Below, in pieces: positions 14,532 through 31,570 of a stretch of DNA of 64,000 bases. Where the stretch lies: positions 39,184,001 to 39,248,000 of the forward strand of contig OX597835.1 in the NCBI GenBank assembly GCA_951406725.2, in the 5' to 3' direction. A program made the position numbers and the translations under genes. Under the pieces are notes generated by a model, which saw only the letters and a list, made by a program, of their open reading frames with translations, made no database searches and was not told where the DNA came from. This DNA comes from Octopus vulgaris (taxonomy: Eukaryota). Numbering within the stretch: the first letter of the stretch is position 1; each line of letters starts with the position of its first letter.

Positions 14532-17500
14532 GTTGTATTTTTCTACATACCTTAACATATATTCCAGGCGCCCCGTACCCCCCTTAACATTTATGTGAGC
14601 ACATATTCTTAATAATTGGTACGACTCTCTGTTTGTCTCTCTCTCTCTCTCATTTTTACTTGATCTCTTGATCTGTCCCCCTCTCTCTCTTTTCTCTCTA
14701 CTCATCCTCTTTTTCTCTTCTCTTTCCTCTGATTCTTTGGTCTAGTCTTCCACTACCCTCCTATTTCTTTGTCTCGCTCTGCACTCACAGGTCATTCTTC
14801 GACACCCATCCCTTCTCCTCTCTGATTCCTTCTTTCTCTCTCTTCTCTCTCTTTGTTGCGTTTGTCCCTCCTCTCTCTCTCTCTTCCTTTGCTTCTCTTT
14901 CTTTTCTTTTCCCTCTTCTCTGTCACGTGACTGTTGGCCGAAATCTGCCTTTCAGCCTCTGACCCTCGTTCTGTTAACATCGCTGTTTTCGTCCGCCACT
15001 ATAAAGGCTTTTTCCATTGCGCCAGAGAAAAAATTTGTTTGCTTGTTACCAGTCGTAAGACACTGTTGTTTTCACCGTTAATGCTTCTGTATTTCATGTT
15101 TCTGTATTCCATTATTGTTTTTTGTTTTTTTATATCTGTCCCTTTTGCTGTCCTGGTGTTCGTATGCATTCGATCCTTCTTCCAGGAAATCTACGCTTCC
15201 AGCTTAGTTTTTCTAATGCTCGTTGCTTGGTTTTTCTTGGAGGGCTGGCCGTGATCTAGTAATCTCAAGATTAATCAGCCGAAATTACTACGATGATCCG
15301 GTTCTTGACTGAAGACTGAGGGTTTCGAATGTCCTGTCCGTGTTTATTGTGTCGTCTTCTAAGAGTTATACGTTCTTGTCCATGTTGTATTTTTCTACAT
15401 ACCTTAACATATATTCCAGGCGCCCCGTACCCCCCTTAACATTTATGTGAGCACATATTCTTAATAATTGGTACGACTCTCTGTTTGTCTCTCTCTCTCT
15501 CTCATTTTTACTTGATCTGTCCCCCTCTCTCTCTTTTCTCTCTACTCATCCTCTTTTTCTCTTCTCTTTCCTCTGATTCTTTGGTCTAGTCTTCCACTAC
15601 CCTCCTATTTCTTTGTCTCGCTCTGCACTCACAGGTCATTCTTCGACACCCATCCCTTCTCCTCTCTGATTCCTTCTTTCTCTCTCTTCTCTCTCTTTGT
15701 TGCGTTTGTCCCCCTCTCTCTCTCTCTCTCTTCCTTTGCTTCTCTTTCTTTTCTTTTCCCTCTTCTCTGTCACGTGACTGTTGGCCGAAATCTGCCTTTC
15801 AGCCTCTGACCCTCGTTCTGTTAACATCGCTGTTTTCGTCCGCCACTATAAAGGCTTTTTCCATTGCGCCAGAGAAAAAATTTGTTTGCTTGTTACCAGT
15901 CGTAAGACACTGTTGTTTTCACCGTTAATGCTTCTGTATTTCATGTTTCTGTATTCCATTATTGTTTTTTGTTTTTTTATATCTGTCCCTTTTGCTGTCC
16001 TGGTGTTCGTATGCATTCGATCCTTCTTCCAGGAAATCTACGCTTCCAGCTTAGTTTTTCTAATGCTCGTTGCTTGGTTTTTCTTGGAGGGCTGGCCGTG
16101 ATCTAGTAATCTCAAGATTAATCAGCCGAAATTACTACGATGATCCGGTTCTTGACTGAAGACTGAGGGTTTCGAATGTCCTGTCCGTGTTTATTGTGTC
16201 GTCTTCTAAGAGTTATACGTTCTTGTCCATGTTGTATTTTTCTACATACCTTAACATATATTCCAGGCGCCCCGTACCCCCCTTAACATTTATGTGAGCA
16301 CATATTCTTAATAATTGGTACGACTCTCTGTTTGTCTCTCTCTCTCTCTCATTTTTACTTGATCTGTCCCCCTCTCTCTCTTTTCTCTCTACTCATCCTC
16401 TTTTTCTCTTCTCTTTCCTCTGATTCTTTGGTCTAGTCTTCCACTACCCTCCTATTTCTTTGTCTCGCTCTGCACTCACAGGTCATTCTTCGACACCCAT
16501 CCCTTCTCCTCTCTGATTCCTTCTTTCTCTCTCTTCTCTCTCTTTGTTGCGTTTGTCCCTCCTCTCTCTCTCTCTTCCTTTGCTTCTCTTTCTTTTCTTT
16601 TCCCTCTTCTCTGTCACGTGACTGTTGGCCGAAATCTGCCTTTCAGCCTCTGACCCTCGTTCTGTTAACATCGCTGTTTTCGTCCGCCACTATAAAGGCT
16701 TTTTCCATTGCGCCAGAGAAAAAATTTGTTTGCTTGTTACCAGTCGTAAGACACTGTTGTTTTCACCGTTAATGCTTCTGTATTTCATGTTTCTGTATTC
16801 CATTATTGTTTTTTGTTTTTTTATATCTGTCCCTTTTGCTGTCCTGGTGTTCGTATGCATTCGATCCTTCTTCCAGGAAATCTACGCTTCCAGCTTAGTT
16901 TTTCTAATGCTCGTTGCTTGGTTTTTCTTGGAGGGCTGGCCGTGATCTAGTAATCTCAAGATTAATCAGCCGAAATTACTACGATGATCCGGTTCTTGAC
17001 TGAAGACTGAGGGTTTCGAATGTCCTGTCCGTGTTTATTGTGTCGTCTTCTAAGAGTTATACGTTCTTGTCCATGTTGTATTTTTCTACATACCTTAACA
17101 TATATTCCAGGCGCCCCGTACCCCCCTTAACATTTATGTGAGCACATATTCTTAATAATTGGTACGACTCTCTGTTTGTCTCTCTCTCTCTCTCATTTTT
17201 ACTTGATCTGTCCCCCTCTCTCTCTTTTCTCTCTACTCATCCTCTTTTTCTCTTCTCTTTCCTCTGATTCTTTGGTCTAGTCTTCCACTACCCTCCTATT
17301 TCTTTGTCTCGCTCTGCACTCACAGGTCATTCTTCGACACCCATCCCTTCTCCTCTCTGATTCCTTCTTTCTCTCTCTTCTCTCTCTTTGTTGCGTTTGT
17401 CCCTCCTCTCTCTCTCTCTCTCTTCCTTTGCTTCTCTTTCTTTTCTTTTCCCTCTTCTCTGTCACGTGACTGTTGGCCGAAATCTGCCTTTCAGCCTCTG

Positions 17501-20474
17501 ACCCTCGTTCTGTTAACATCGCTGTTTTCGTCCGCCACTATAAAGGCTTTTTCCATTGCGCCAGAGAAAAAAATTTGTTTGCTTGTTACCAGTCGTAAGA
17601 CACTGTTGTTTTCACCGTTAATGCTTCTGTATTTCATGTTTCTGTATTCCATTATTGTTTTTTGTTTTTTTATATCTGTCCCTTTTGCTGTCCTGGTGTT
17701 CGTATGCATTCGATCCTTCTTCCAGGAAATCTACGCTTCCAGCTTAGTTTTTCTAATGCTCGTTGCTTGGTTTTTCTTGGAGGGCTGGCCGTGATCTAGT
17801 AATCTCAAGATTAATCAGCCGAAATTACTACGATGATCCGGTTCTTGACTGAAGACTGAGGGTTTCGAATGTCCTGTCCGTGTTTATTGTGTCGTCTTCT
17901 AAGAGTTATACGTTCTTGTCCATGTTGTATTTTTCTACATACCTTAACATATATTCCAGGCGCCCCGTACCCCCCTTAACATTTATGTGAGCACATATTC
18001 TTAATAATTGGTACGACTCTCTGTTTGTCTCTCTCTCTCTCTCATTTTTACTTGATCTGTCCCCCTCTCTCTCTTTTCTCTCTACTCATCCTCTTTTTCT
18101 CTTCTCTTTCCTCTGATTCTTTGGTCTAGTCTTCCACTACCCTCCTATTTCTTTGTCTCGCTCTGCACTCACAGGTCATTCTTCGACACCCATCCCTTCT
18201 CCTCTCTGATTCCTTCTTTCTCTCTCTTCTCTCTCTTTGTTGCGTTTGTCCCTCCTCTCTCTCTCTCTTCCTTTGCTTCTCTTTCTTTTCTTTTCCCTCT
18301 TCTCTGTCACGTGACTGTTGGCCGAAATCTGCCTTTCAGCCTCTGACCCTCGTTCTGTTAACATCGCTGTTTTCGTCCGCCACTATAAAGGCTTTTTCCA
18401 TTGCGCCAGAGAAAAAATTTGTTTGCTTGTTATCAGTCGTAAGACACTGTTGTTTTCACCGTTAATGCTTCTGTATTTCATGTTTCTGTATTCCATTATT
18501 GTTTTTTGTTTTTTTATATCTGTCCCTTTTGCTGTCCTGGTGTTCGTATGCATTCGATCCTTCTTCCAGGAAATCTACGCTTCCAGCTTAGTTTTTCTAA
18601 TGCTCGTTGCTTGGTTTTTCTTGGAGGGCTGGCCGTGATCTAGTAATCTCAAGATTAATCAGCCGAAATTACTACGATGATCCGGTTCTTGACTGAAGAC
18701 TGAGGGTTTCGAATGTCCTGTCCGTGTTTATTGTGTCGTCTTCTAAGAGTTATACGTTCTTGTCCATGTTGTATTTTTCTACATACCTTAACATATATTC
18801 CAGGCGCCCCGTACCCCCCTTAACATTTATGTGAGCACATATTCTTAATAATTGGTACGACTCTCTGTTTGTCTCTCTCTCTCTCTCATTTTTACTTGAT
18901 CTGTCCCCCTCTCTCTCTTTTCTCTCTACTCATCCTCTTTTTCTCTTCTCTTTCCTCTGATTCTTTGGTCTAGTCTTCCACTACCCTCCTATTTCTTTGT
19001 CTCGCTCTGCACTCACAGGTCATTCTTCGACACCCATCCCTTCTCCTCTCTGATTCCTTCTTTCTCTCTCTTCTCTCTCTTTGTTGCGTTTGTCCCTCTC
19101 TCTCTCTCTCTTCCTTTGCTTCTCTTTCTTTTCTTTTTCCTCTTCTCTGTCACGTGACTGTTGGCCGAAATCTGCCTTTCAGCCTCTGACCCTCGTTCTG
19201 TTAACATCGCTGTTTTCGTCCGCCACTATAAAGGCTTTTTCCATTGCGCCAGAGAAAAAATTTGTTTGCTTGTTACCAGTCGTAAGACACTGTTGTTTTC
19301 ACCGTTAATGCTTCTGTATTTCATGTTTCTGTATTCCATTATTGTTTTTTGTTTTTTTATATCTGTCCCTTTTGCTGTCCTGGTGTTCGTATGCATTCGA
19401 TCCTTCTTCCAGGAAATCTACGCTTCCAGCTTAGTTTTTCTAATGCTCGTTGCTTGGTTTTTCTTGGAGGGCTGGCCGTGATCTAGTAATCTCAAGATTA
19501 ATCAGCCGAAATTACTACGATGATCCGGTTCTTGACTGAAGACTGAGGGTTTCGAATGTCCTGTCCGTGTTTATTGTGTCGTCTTCTAAGAGTTATACGT
19601 TCTTGTCCATGTTGTATTTTTCTACATACCTTAACATATATTCCAGGCGCCCCGTACCCCCCTTAACATTTATGTGAGCACATATTCTTAATAATTGGTA
19701 CGACTCTCTGTTTGTCTCTCTCTCTCTCTCATTTTTACTTGATCTGTCCCCCTCTCTCTCTTTTCTCTCTACTCATCCTCTTTTTCTCTTCTCTTTCCTC
19801 TGATTCTTTGGTCTAGTCTTCCACTACCCTCCTATTTCTTTGTCTCGCTCTGCACTCACAGGTCATTCTTCGACACCCATCCCTTCTCCTCTCTGATTCC
19901 TTCTTTCTCTCTCTTCTCTCTCTTTGTTGCGTTTGTCCCTCCTCTCTCTCTCTCTTCCTTTGCTTCTCTTTCTTTTCTTTTCCCTCTTCTCTGTCACGTG
20001 ACTGTTGGCCGAAATCTGCCTTTCAGCCTCTGACCCTCGTTCTGTTAACATCGCTGTTTTCGTCCGCCACTATAAAGGCTTTTTCCATTGCGCCAGAGAA
20101 AAAATTTGTTTGCTTGTTACCAGTCGTAAGACACTGTTGTTTTCACCGTTAATGCTTCTGTATTTCATGTTTCTGTATTCCATTATTGTTTTTTGTTTTT
20201 TTATATCTGTCCCTTTTGCTGTCCTGGTGTTCGTATGCATTCGATCCTTCTTCCAGGAAATCTACGCTTCCAGCTTAGTTTTTCTAATGCTCGTTGCTTG
20301 GTTTTTCTTGGAGGGCTGGCCGTGATCTAGTAATCTCAAGATTAATCAGCCGAAATTACTACGATGATCCGGTTCTTGACTGAAGACTGAGGGTTTCGAA
20401 TGTCCTGTCCGTGTTTATTGTGTCGTCTTCTAAGAGTTATACGTTCTTGTCCATGTTGTATTTTTCTACATACC

Positions 20475-20478
<4 letters not shown>
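14532..20478 (+). repeat. Seven near-identical direct copies of a non-coding 843-852 bp unit plus 24 bp
   Basis: gttgtatttttctacatacc starts at 14532, 15384, 16231, 17075, 17924, 18768, 19611 and 20455; ends in (TA)n. Confidence 0.98.
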
Positions 20479-20569
<91 letters not shown>

Positions 20570-20763
20570 TCAAAAGGTAGGCAGGTATAAATTCTTCATG
20601 AAATAATTTCAACGATTGGATCTTTTTGTTTCAGCTGCATGGAACTCTGTCATTATATTTCCCTGTATTAGATTATTCTGTGGTCTGCTAGCCGGTCCCA
20701 CTAGAGGAGCTTTGCCTGATAGCCACATAATTATATAAGTCTATATATTTCACTACAATTTAA

Positions 20764-22004
<1,241 letters not shown>

Positions 22005-22059
22005 CAATTTCATGTGTGTGTGATATGTATACATATATACGTGAACACATTCATACACA

Positions 22060-22210
22060 CACACACACACGTGTGAGTGTATGTGTGTGTGTTTCTTTGT
22101 GTTTGTGTTTTCCCCACTCCATTTCTTGACAACCGGAGTTTGTTTATGTTTCTGTGACTTAGCGGTTCGGCAAAAAAAAAACGAACCGATAAAATATGTA
22201 CCAATGTATA

Positions 22211-22247
<37 letters not shown>

Positions 22248-22350
22248 CGTACTGCGTTCGATTCGTTCGGCTTAAATCCGCCTCAAGGTGATGCCCCGCT
22301 ATGCCCACAGCCCCAATGATTGATGACACATGTGAACGACAAAAGACTAA
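22060..22350 (+). mobile_element. SINE family A 3' half, diverged
   Basis: cttgacaaccg...ttagcggttcggcaaaa...accgata. Confidence 0.7.
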
Positions 22351-22869
22351 AGATTTATCTATATATATTTGCCTGCAGTCTATACAGGCTCACATGTGAG
22401 AGACATCAACATCTCGTGCTGACATCGATTAAGCTTTCTTTAGTCGCTATTGTTGTTATCGATGCTGCTATATTATTTTTCGATCAGTCTATTTCTATTG
22501 TATTCAAGCTTTCTTTTATCTCATATATTTACGCCTCTCTCTTCACGGTCTCTACTCTCTTTGCATGCTCCTTAGGCTGAGCTTTGAACAATCTCAAATA
22601 TATTGTTACTCTTTATGCCGAACGTTTCAACTCTCATCACTTTATCACAATGCTACTAACTTACAACAAAGCAACCTCCCCTCCTTCCTTGACCACCTCG
22701 CCCAAATTGAGGTTAATGAGGTCGGCAGTCGGTTATTGTTTATTTCTTTTAGGAACTATTTTCGGCCGTATCTTCCTGATATTATTCAATTAGAGACTGT
22801 TTTCTATAGAGTAATTCATTCGTTCGGTATTTTTCTAGAGTCGAGAGACATTGAGAAGCCCGAAGAAGC

Positions 22870-23017
22870 AAACCAAGATGATGATGAGGAGGAGGATGGG
22901 AGAAGGAAGAGGAAGGAGAAAAGGAAGGCAAAGAAAGTTAGAAGAAAAGAACGAGTAGTAGTAGTAGTAGTGGTGGTGGTGGTGGTGGTGGTGGTCGTCG
23001 TCGTCGTCGTTGTAGTG

Positions 23018-23074
<57 letters not shown>

Positions 23075-23576
23075 CTACTACTAATACTACTACCACTACT
23101 ACTAGAACAAGAGGGAGCAGTTGGAGGAGAAAGTGAAAGAGTAAAGACGGAGGTGGAAGAAGAAGGAGGAGAGGAGAAGAAGAAGAAGAAGAAGAAGAAG
23201 AAGAAGAAGAAAAAGAAGAAGAAGAAGAAGAAGAAGAAGAACGAAGAATCAACAGCAGCCACAACAGCAATATCAACAGCAGCCACAACAACAATAACAA
23301 CAACGACCACGACAACAACAAGTGTCTATTAACTTAACGGACTAACGAACTCAAACGTCAATTGAAAGACAATAGCCGTGAGTTCAAGCTTACGACTCAG
23401 TACGGCAATTGTATTTGACCTGGAGACGGCAAAGTCGTACACGGAATTCTCCTTATCTCGGCCCGTCAGGCTTGGCTGGCAACAACGATTTACATTCATA
23501 AATTCTTGCTTCGAATGTTTTTGATTTTGTTGTTTGCGAGAGGAAGTGCAGGGAAAGAAAGAAAGAGAAGAAAGGA

Positions 23577-23611
<35 letters not shown>

Positions 23612-23726
23612 GAAGAAAGGAAATGGAGTTTTGGAATCGTTAATAGAACGGTTTCAATAATAAAAAACGATGATGATGATGGTGGTGGTGGTGGTGCTGG
23701 TGCTGGTGATGATGATGATGATGATA

Positions 23727-23757
<31 letters not shown>

Positions 23758-24132
23758 CGATGTTGATGATGATGACGATGTTGATGGTGGTGATGATGAT
23801 GATGATGATGATGGTTATGATGATGATGATAGTGATGACGGTGATGATGACGACAACAACGACGACGATCATGATCATGACGATGATGATGGCGACGACA
23901 ATGATGATAATAAACTATGATGATCATGATCATGATCATGATCATGATCATGATGATGATGATGATGATGACGATGATGATGACGACGGTGATGGTGATG
24001 ATGACGATGATGATGATGATGATGATGATGATGACGATGATGGTGATGATGATGGTGATGATGATGATGATGAAGATGATGATGATGATGGTGATGATGA
24101 TGATGAAGATGATGATGATGATGACGATGATG

Positions 24133-24221
<89 letters not shown>

Positions 24222-24241
24222 GATGATGATGATGACGATGG

Positions 24242-24283
<42 letters not shown>

Positions 24284-24320
24284 CGACGACGACGACGGCA
24301 ATGATGATGATGAGCATGAT
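22870..24320. repeat. Trinucleotide microsatellite field (GTA, GAA, GAT) with a unique island at 23330-23530
   Basis: Directly visible; (GAT)n 23668-24312. Confidence 0.95.
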
Positions 24321-25037
24321 AATAAGTTAACATTTCCGAACTATTAAATTTATTGTTTTCATACAAGATTTAGAAAAAAAAAATGTATAATTTTTTTCTT
24401 AATCTCATGTATTTTTATTTTTCTGCTTTCTTTTTCTTCATTTCTAGTACGTAAGAAGTTCCAGACAACTTGAGTGTAATATTGATTACATCACTACCTC
24501 TCCTCCACCCCCATGCCGTCCCACCCGCCCCCTCTTTTATTGAACATATTCAATTACCAAAAATATTTGGAAGCCAACGTTTCTATCGTGTTTGATTTTT
24601 TCATCTTTTAGTGTCCGTAACTGGTATCTTGAACAACTACTGAAGTCCATATTTTTTTTTATTTTTTACTTCCTATTGTTTTGTTTGCTTGTTTTTCTTT
24701 TTTCTTTCATTGCTTAATCAAAAAAAATGGTAGCACCTATGACCTCTTTCAGAGTTTCCGAGGCTGGTGGGAGGTGGGAAGGAAAGAAGGAGGGAGAGAG
24801 GAAGAGAGTAGAAAATGGCGCAAAATGCTCTCAAATCGGAAACCGGACCCCCATTACTTCGCAAAACAGTAAAATACATTGGCGTGCGCATTGCTGCGTG
24901 GTAAGAAGCTTTTTTCCCAGCCACATGGTTCTGGGTTCAGTCCCACTGCGTGGCACCTTGCACGTGTGTGTTCTACTATAGCATCAGGCCTTGTGAGTGG
25001 ATTTGGTAGACGAAAACTGAAAGAAGTCCATCATATG

Positions 25038-25312
25038 TCAGGTCATCCCATAAGTTTTGTCCGGTTTTACCTTTTTTTAAAATTCAATGAAATTTAATAG
25101 TATTTTAGAATGTCTAATGGAATTAAAAATTATTTTTATGCATTTGTGTGCATTTAAACTAATTAAATATTATTTTACAGAATAATACAATTAAAATTTC
25201 TTTGATTAAAATCCTTTCTAACATGGAAGTATCCAAAGAGCATTTGAGGCACATAATGCTTCATGAGTACAAAAAAGAAAATTCTGCAGCCGAAGCAACT
25301 CAAAACATATAC
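25038..25312 (+). mobile_element. Mariner transposon 5' end (putative TIR and transposase N-terminal HTH fragment)
   Basis: tcaggtcatcccataag terminus; MEVSKEHLRHIMLHEYKKENSAAEATQNI resembles the Mos1/Hsmar1-type R..mlyefk.G..A.ea.rNI motif. Confidence 0.8.
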
Positions 25313-25409
25313 CCCGCTAAGTTACGGGGACGTAAACACACCACCATCGGTTGTCAAGGGATGTTGGGGGAACAAACACAGACACACAAACAAATATACA
25401 CACACACAT

Positions 25410-25448
<39 letters not shown>

Positions 25449-25630
25449 TACATATACATATATACGACGGGCTTCTTTCAGTTTCCGTCTACCAAATCCA
25501 CTCACAAGGCTTTTGTCGGCCCGAGGCTATAGTAGAAGACACTTGCCCAAGGTGCCACGCAGTGGGAGTGAAACTCGGAACCATGTTGTTCGTAAGCAAG
25601 CTACTTACCACACAGCCACTCCTACGCCTA
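25313..25630 (-). mobile_element. SINE family A 5' two-thirds, fused to the mariner fragment
   Basis: ccgctaagttacggggacgtaaacac...cagccactcctacgcc. Confidence 0.88.
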
Positions 25631-25709
25631 TAGATATGAATTACTTATAAGGTTTCAATGCAACCTCGGCACATCACGTAAGAAGCCAGGAACGGCTGGG
25701 TACGATAAC

Positions 25710-25739
<30 letters not shown>

Positions 25740-25767
<28 letters not shown>

Positions 25768-26005
25768 TTGTTTGTGTGTCTGTGTTTGTCCCCCCAACAT
25801 CCCTTGATAACCGATGGTGGTGTGTTTACGTTCCCGTAATTTAGCGGAGTATATGTTTTGAGTCGCTTCGGCCGCAGAGTTTCCTTTTTTGTACTCATAA
25901 AGCATTATGTGCCTCAAATGCTCTTTGGATACTTCCATGTTAGAAAGGGTTTTAATCAAAAAAATTTTTAATTCTATTATTCTGTAGAATAATATTTAAT
26001 TAGTT
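25740..26005 (-). mobile_element. Inverted second copy of the mariner/SINE A chimeric junction
   Basis: MEVSKEHLRHIMLYEYKKGNSAAEATQNIYSAKLR on the minus strand, with the same junction as 25157-25410. Confidence 0.85.
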
Positions 26006-26481
26006 CACTGTGAAGTAAACAACAATGGAGGAACCAAGTGTCCGTAGAACACTATAGACATATAAACACCAAATCCAATTCAAACTGTAGATCTGAATCT
26101 GTGGTTGGTCCTTAGTGTAGATCCAGAGATTCTCAGTATGGAACACACGTAGTAGTGCTCAAAAGTTGTCTTTACAGGAGGTCGATTCTAATGGCTGTAA
26201 GTTGAGCGGATAGAGAGGCAATTAGGCAGACAAACAAATTAGGTACATCAATTAAATTAACTATCTTAAATATGTATGAAGTACAAAATATTTACATATG
26301 TACACACGCACAAGGTGGAGACATTCAGATGATAAATTTTTAATCATAAATATATAGATATTTATATATTAATAGACCCAACTTACGCAGAGAAAATTGA
26401 AGGGGTGGAAGAAAGATGTTATAAGTCCAACAACTGTTTCTGGGGTCTTGGAGCTCCATAATAATTAATGCTGGTACATGA

Positions 26482-26945
26482 TGGCGAGCTGGCAGAATCG
26501 TTAGCACGCCGGACGAAATGCTGAGCGGTATTTCGTCCGCCGTTACGTTCTGAGTTCAAATTCCACCGAGGTCGACTTTGCCTTTCATCCTTTCGGAGTC
26601 GATTAAATAAGTACCAGTTACACACTGGGGTCGATGTAATCGACTTAATCCGTTTGTCTGTCCTTGTATGACCACTTCATGTTTAGCCCCTTTTGGGTAG
26701 TAAAGAAATAGGTATTTCGTCTGCCGTTACGTTCATATGTGCGACTTTCATGAACACGTCCCCTTCATTTATACAGTTATGCATATGTCTGTATATGTGC
26801 GGGTGTAGGTGTGTGATGGGAGGGTATATATATATATCCTTTCGGGGGTCAATGAAATACGTACCAGTTAAGCATTGGGGTCGATATAATAGACTTAAAA
26901 CACTTGCCTAAAAATTGCAGGCGTTGTGCCAAAATTTAAAACCAA
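26482..26945 (+). mobile_element. SINE family B copy (26482-26732) and 3' fragment (26835-26945)
   Basis: ggcgagctggcagaatcgttagc head and body. Confidence 0.85.
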
Positions 26946-26964
26946 AATATTATACATAAATTAA

Positions 26965-27870
<906 letters not shown>

Positions 27871-28249
27871 ACAGAGAGAACGGAAAATACTGAAGCCTTT
27901 TCTAAGTTTATTCTGTAAGCTACAGTTATACATAAATAAATAGAAGGAACAGTGAAAATATTGAAGCCTTTTCTAAGTTTATTCAGTAACCTAACAGTAT
28001 ATGTTGCTGTCTAAATAGCAACGAAAATGATTTGTTTTGCTTGTCAGAAACTAAGCCCCTTTCGTAAAGGGAAGAATTCCAGCAAAGAAAAGCATTAAAG
28101 GCTGAAGATACTTATTCCCCGCCCCCACCCCACCCCACTGCACATTTACTTCCTCTGTTGGATAAACAACTTCACTTCCTGTTTTCTTAACTTACTCTTT
28201 TTTCCATCTCTGTATGTCTTCGTCTCAATGTAGCGGTGGTGGCGGCAAT

Positions 28250-30340
<2,091 letters not shown>

Positions 30341-30779
30341 TTTATAAAATTTAACAAAAGCACAACAAATGGGAAATTTTGCAAAAGCATAGCAAACAGA
30401 AAATTCGTAGCTTATTCCTCGTCAGTCGTCGTCCAAAAAATCATTACAGTTTCGTGCCTTTAACTTTGATACCATTCACTTTTAGTGGCACCAGTGGGGA
30501 AAAGTCACAGGGATTAGCTAACGAACGTACAGAGCAATGACGGAAACAAACACGAGAAATTATGATATACATATATAGCAGAAGACGCTGTGCGGTCGCA
30601 AGACAGATAGATGTGGGGTAACGCAAAGGAAAACGTGAATGTCCCGTAGGACAGATAAAAAGTCAGAACGAAGGAAGAAGTAAAGGGAGGGAAAGAAAGA
30701 GAAAGATAGTGAGGAGAGGAAGGCAAAAAGGAGGCAAAGAAAGAGGAAGAGACAGAACTAGTCGTCGCACAAAAAGCGA

Positions 30780-31570
30780 AGAAGGACAGACAAAGGGATT
30801 AAGTCGATTACATCGACCTCAGTGCGTAACTGGTACTTATTTTATCGACTCCGAAAAGATGAAAGGCAAAGTCGACCTCGGTGGAATTTCAACTAAGAAC
30901 GTAACAGCAGACGAAATACCTATTTCTTTACTACCCACAAAGGGCTAAACATAGAGTGGACAAACAAGGACAGACAAACGGATTAAGTCGATTATATCGA
31001 CCCCAGTGCGTAACTGGTACTTATTTAATCGACCCCGAAAGGATGAAAGTCAAAGTCGACCTCGGCAGAATTTGAACTCAGAACGTAACGGCAGACGAAA
31101 TACCGCTGAGCATTTCGTCCGGCGTGTTAACCTCGGAAACAGTTGTTGGACTTATAACACCTTTCTTCCACCCTTTCAATTATAATATTTTGGTTTTAAA
31201 TTTTGGCACAACGCCTGCAATTTTTAGGCAAGTGTTTTACGTCGATTATATCGACCCCAGTGCTCAACTGGTACTTATTTCATCGACCCCCGAAAGGATA
31301 AAAAAAATCGACGTCGATGAATTTGAGCTTAAAGACGGACGAAATACCATTAAGCATTTTGCCGTCGTACTAACGGATCAACAGGTTACCGCTTTATATA
31401 AAAGTGATAATAATATTCTTTTCTATTCTAGGCACAAGGCCCGAAGTTTTGGGGGAAGGGGCCAGTCGATTAGATCGACCCCAGTACGTAACTAGTACTT
31501 AATTTATCGAGCCTGAAAGGATGAAAGGCAAAGTCGACCTCGGCGGAATTTGAACTCAGAACATAAAGAC
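30780..31570 (-). mobile_element. Cluster of family B SINEs (dimer 30780-31130; 31190-31395; 31415-31570)
   Basis: Repeated gaaaggcaaagtcgacctcggcggaatttgaactcagaac. Confidence 0.9.

Noticed and set aside
14934-15254. 106-aa ORF (MAEICLSASDPR...) repeated in each array unit
   Set aside because: TTG start, no recognisable domain and frameshifted in the copy at ~17.5 kb; its recurrence simply reflects the DNA repeat
15243-15335. Canonical hammerhead or HDV-like ribozyme in the array unit
   Set aside because: CUGAAGA is not followed by stem II plus GAAA, and an HDV-like mapping leaves no room for P1.1/P4; kept only as an unclassified structure candidate
22565-23332. 255-aa ORF
   Set aside because: More than half is poly-V/K/E from trinucleotide repeats, and the unique part has no recognisable motif
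23534-24366. Poly-Asp/Met/His ORFs
   Set aside because: (GAT)n microsatellite, open in most frames
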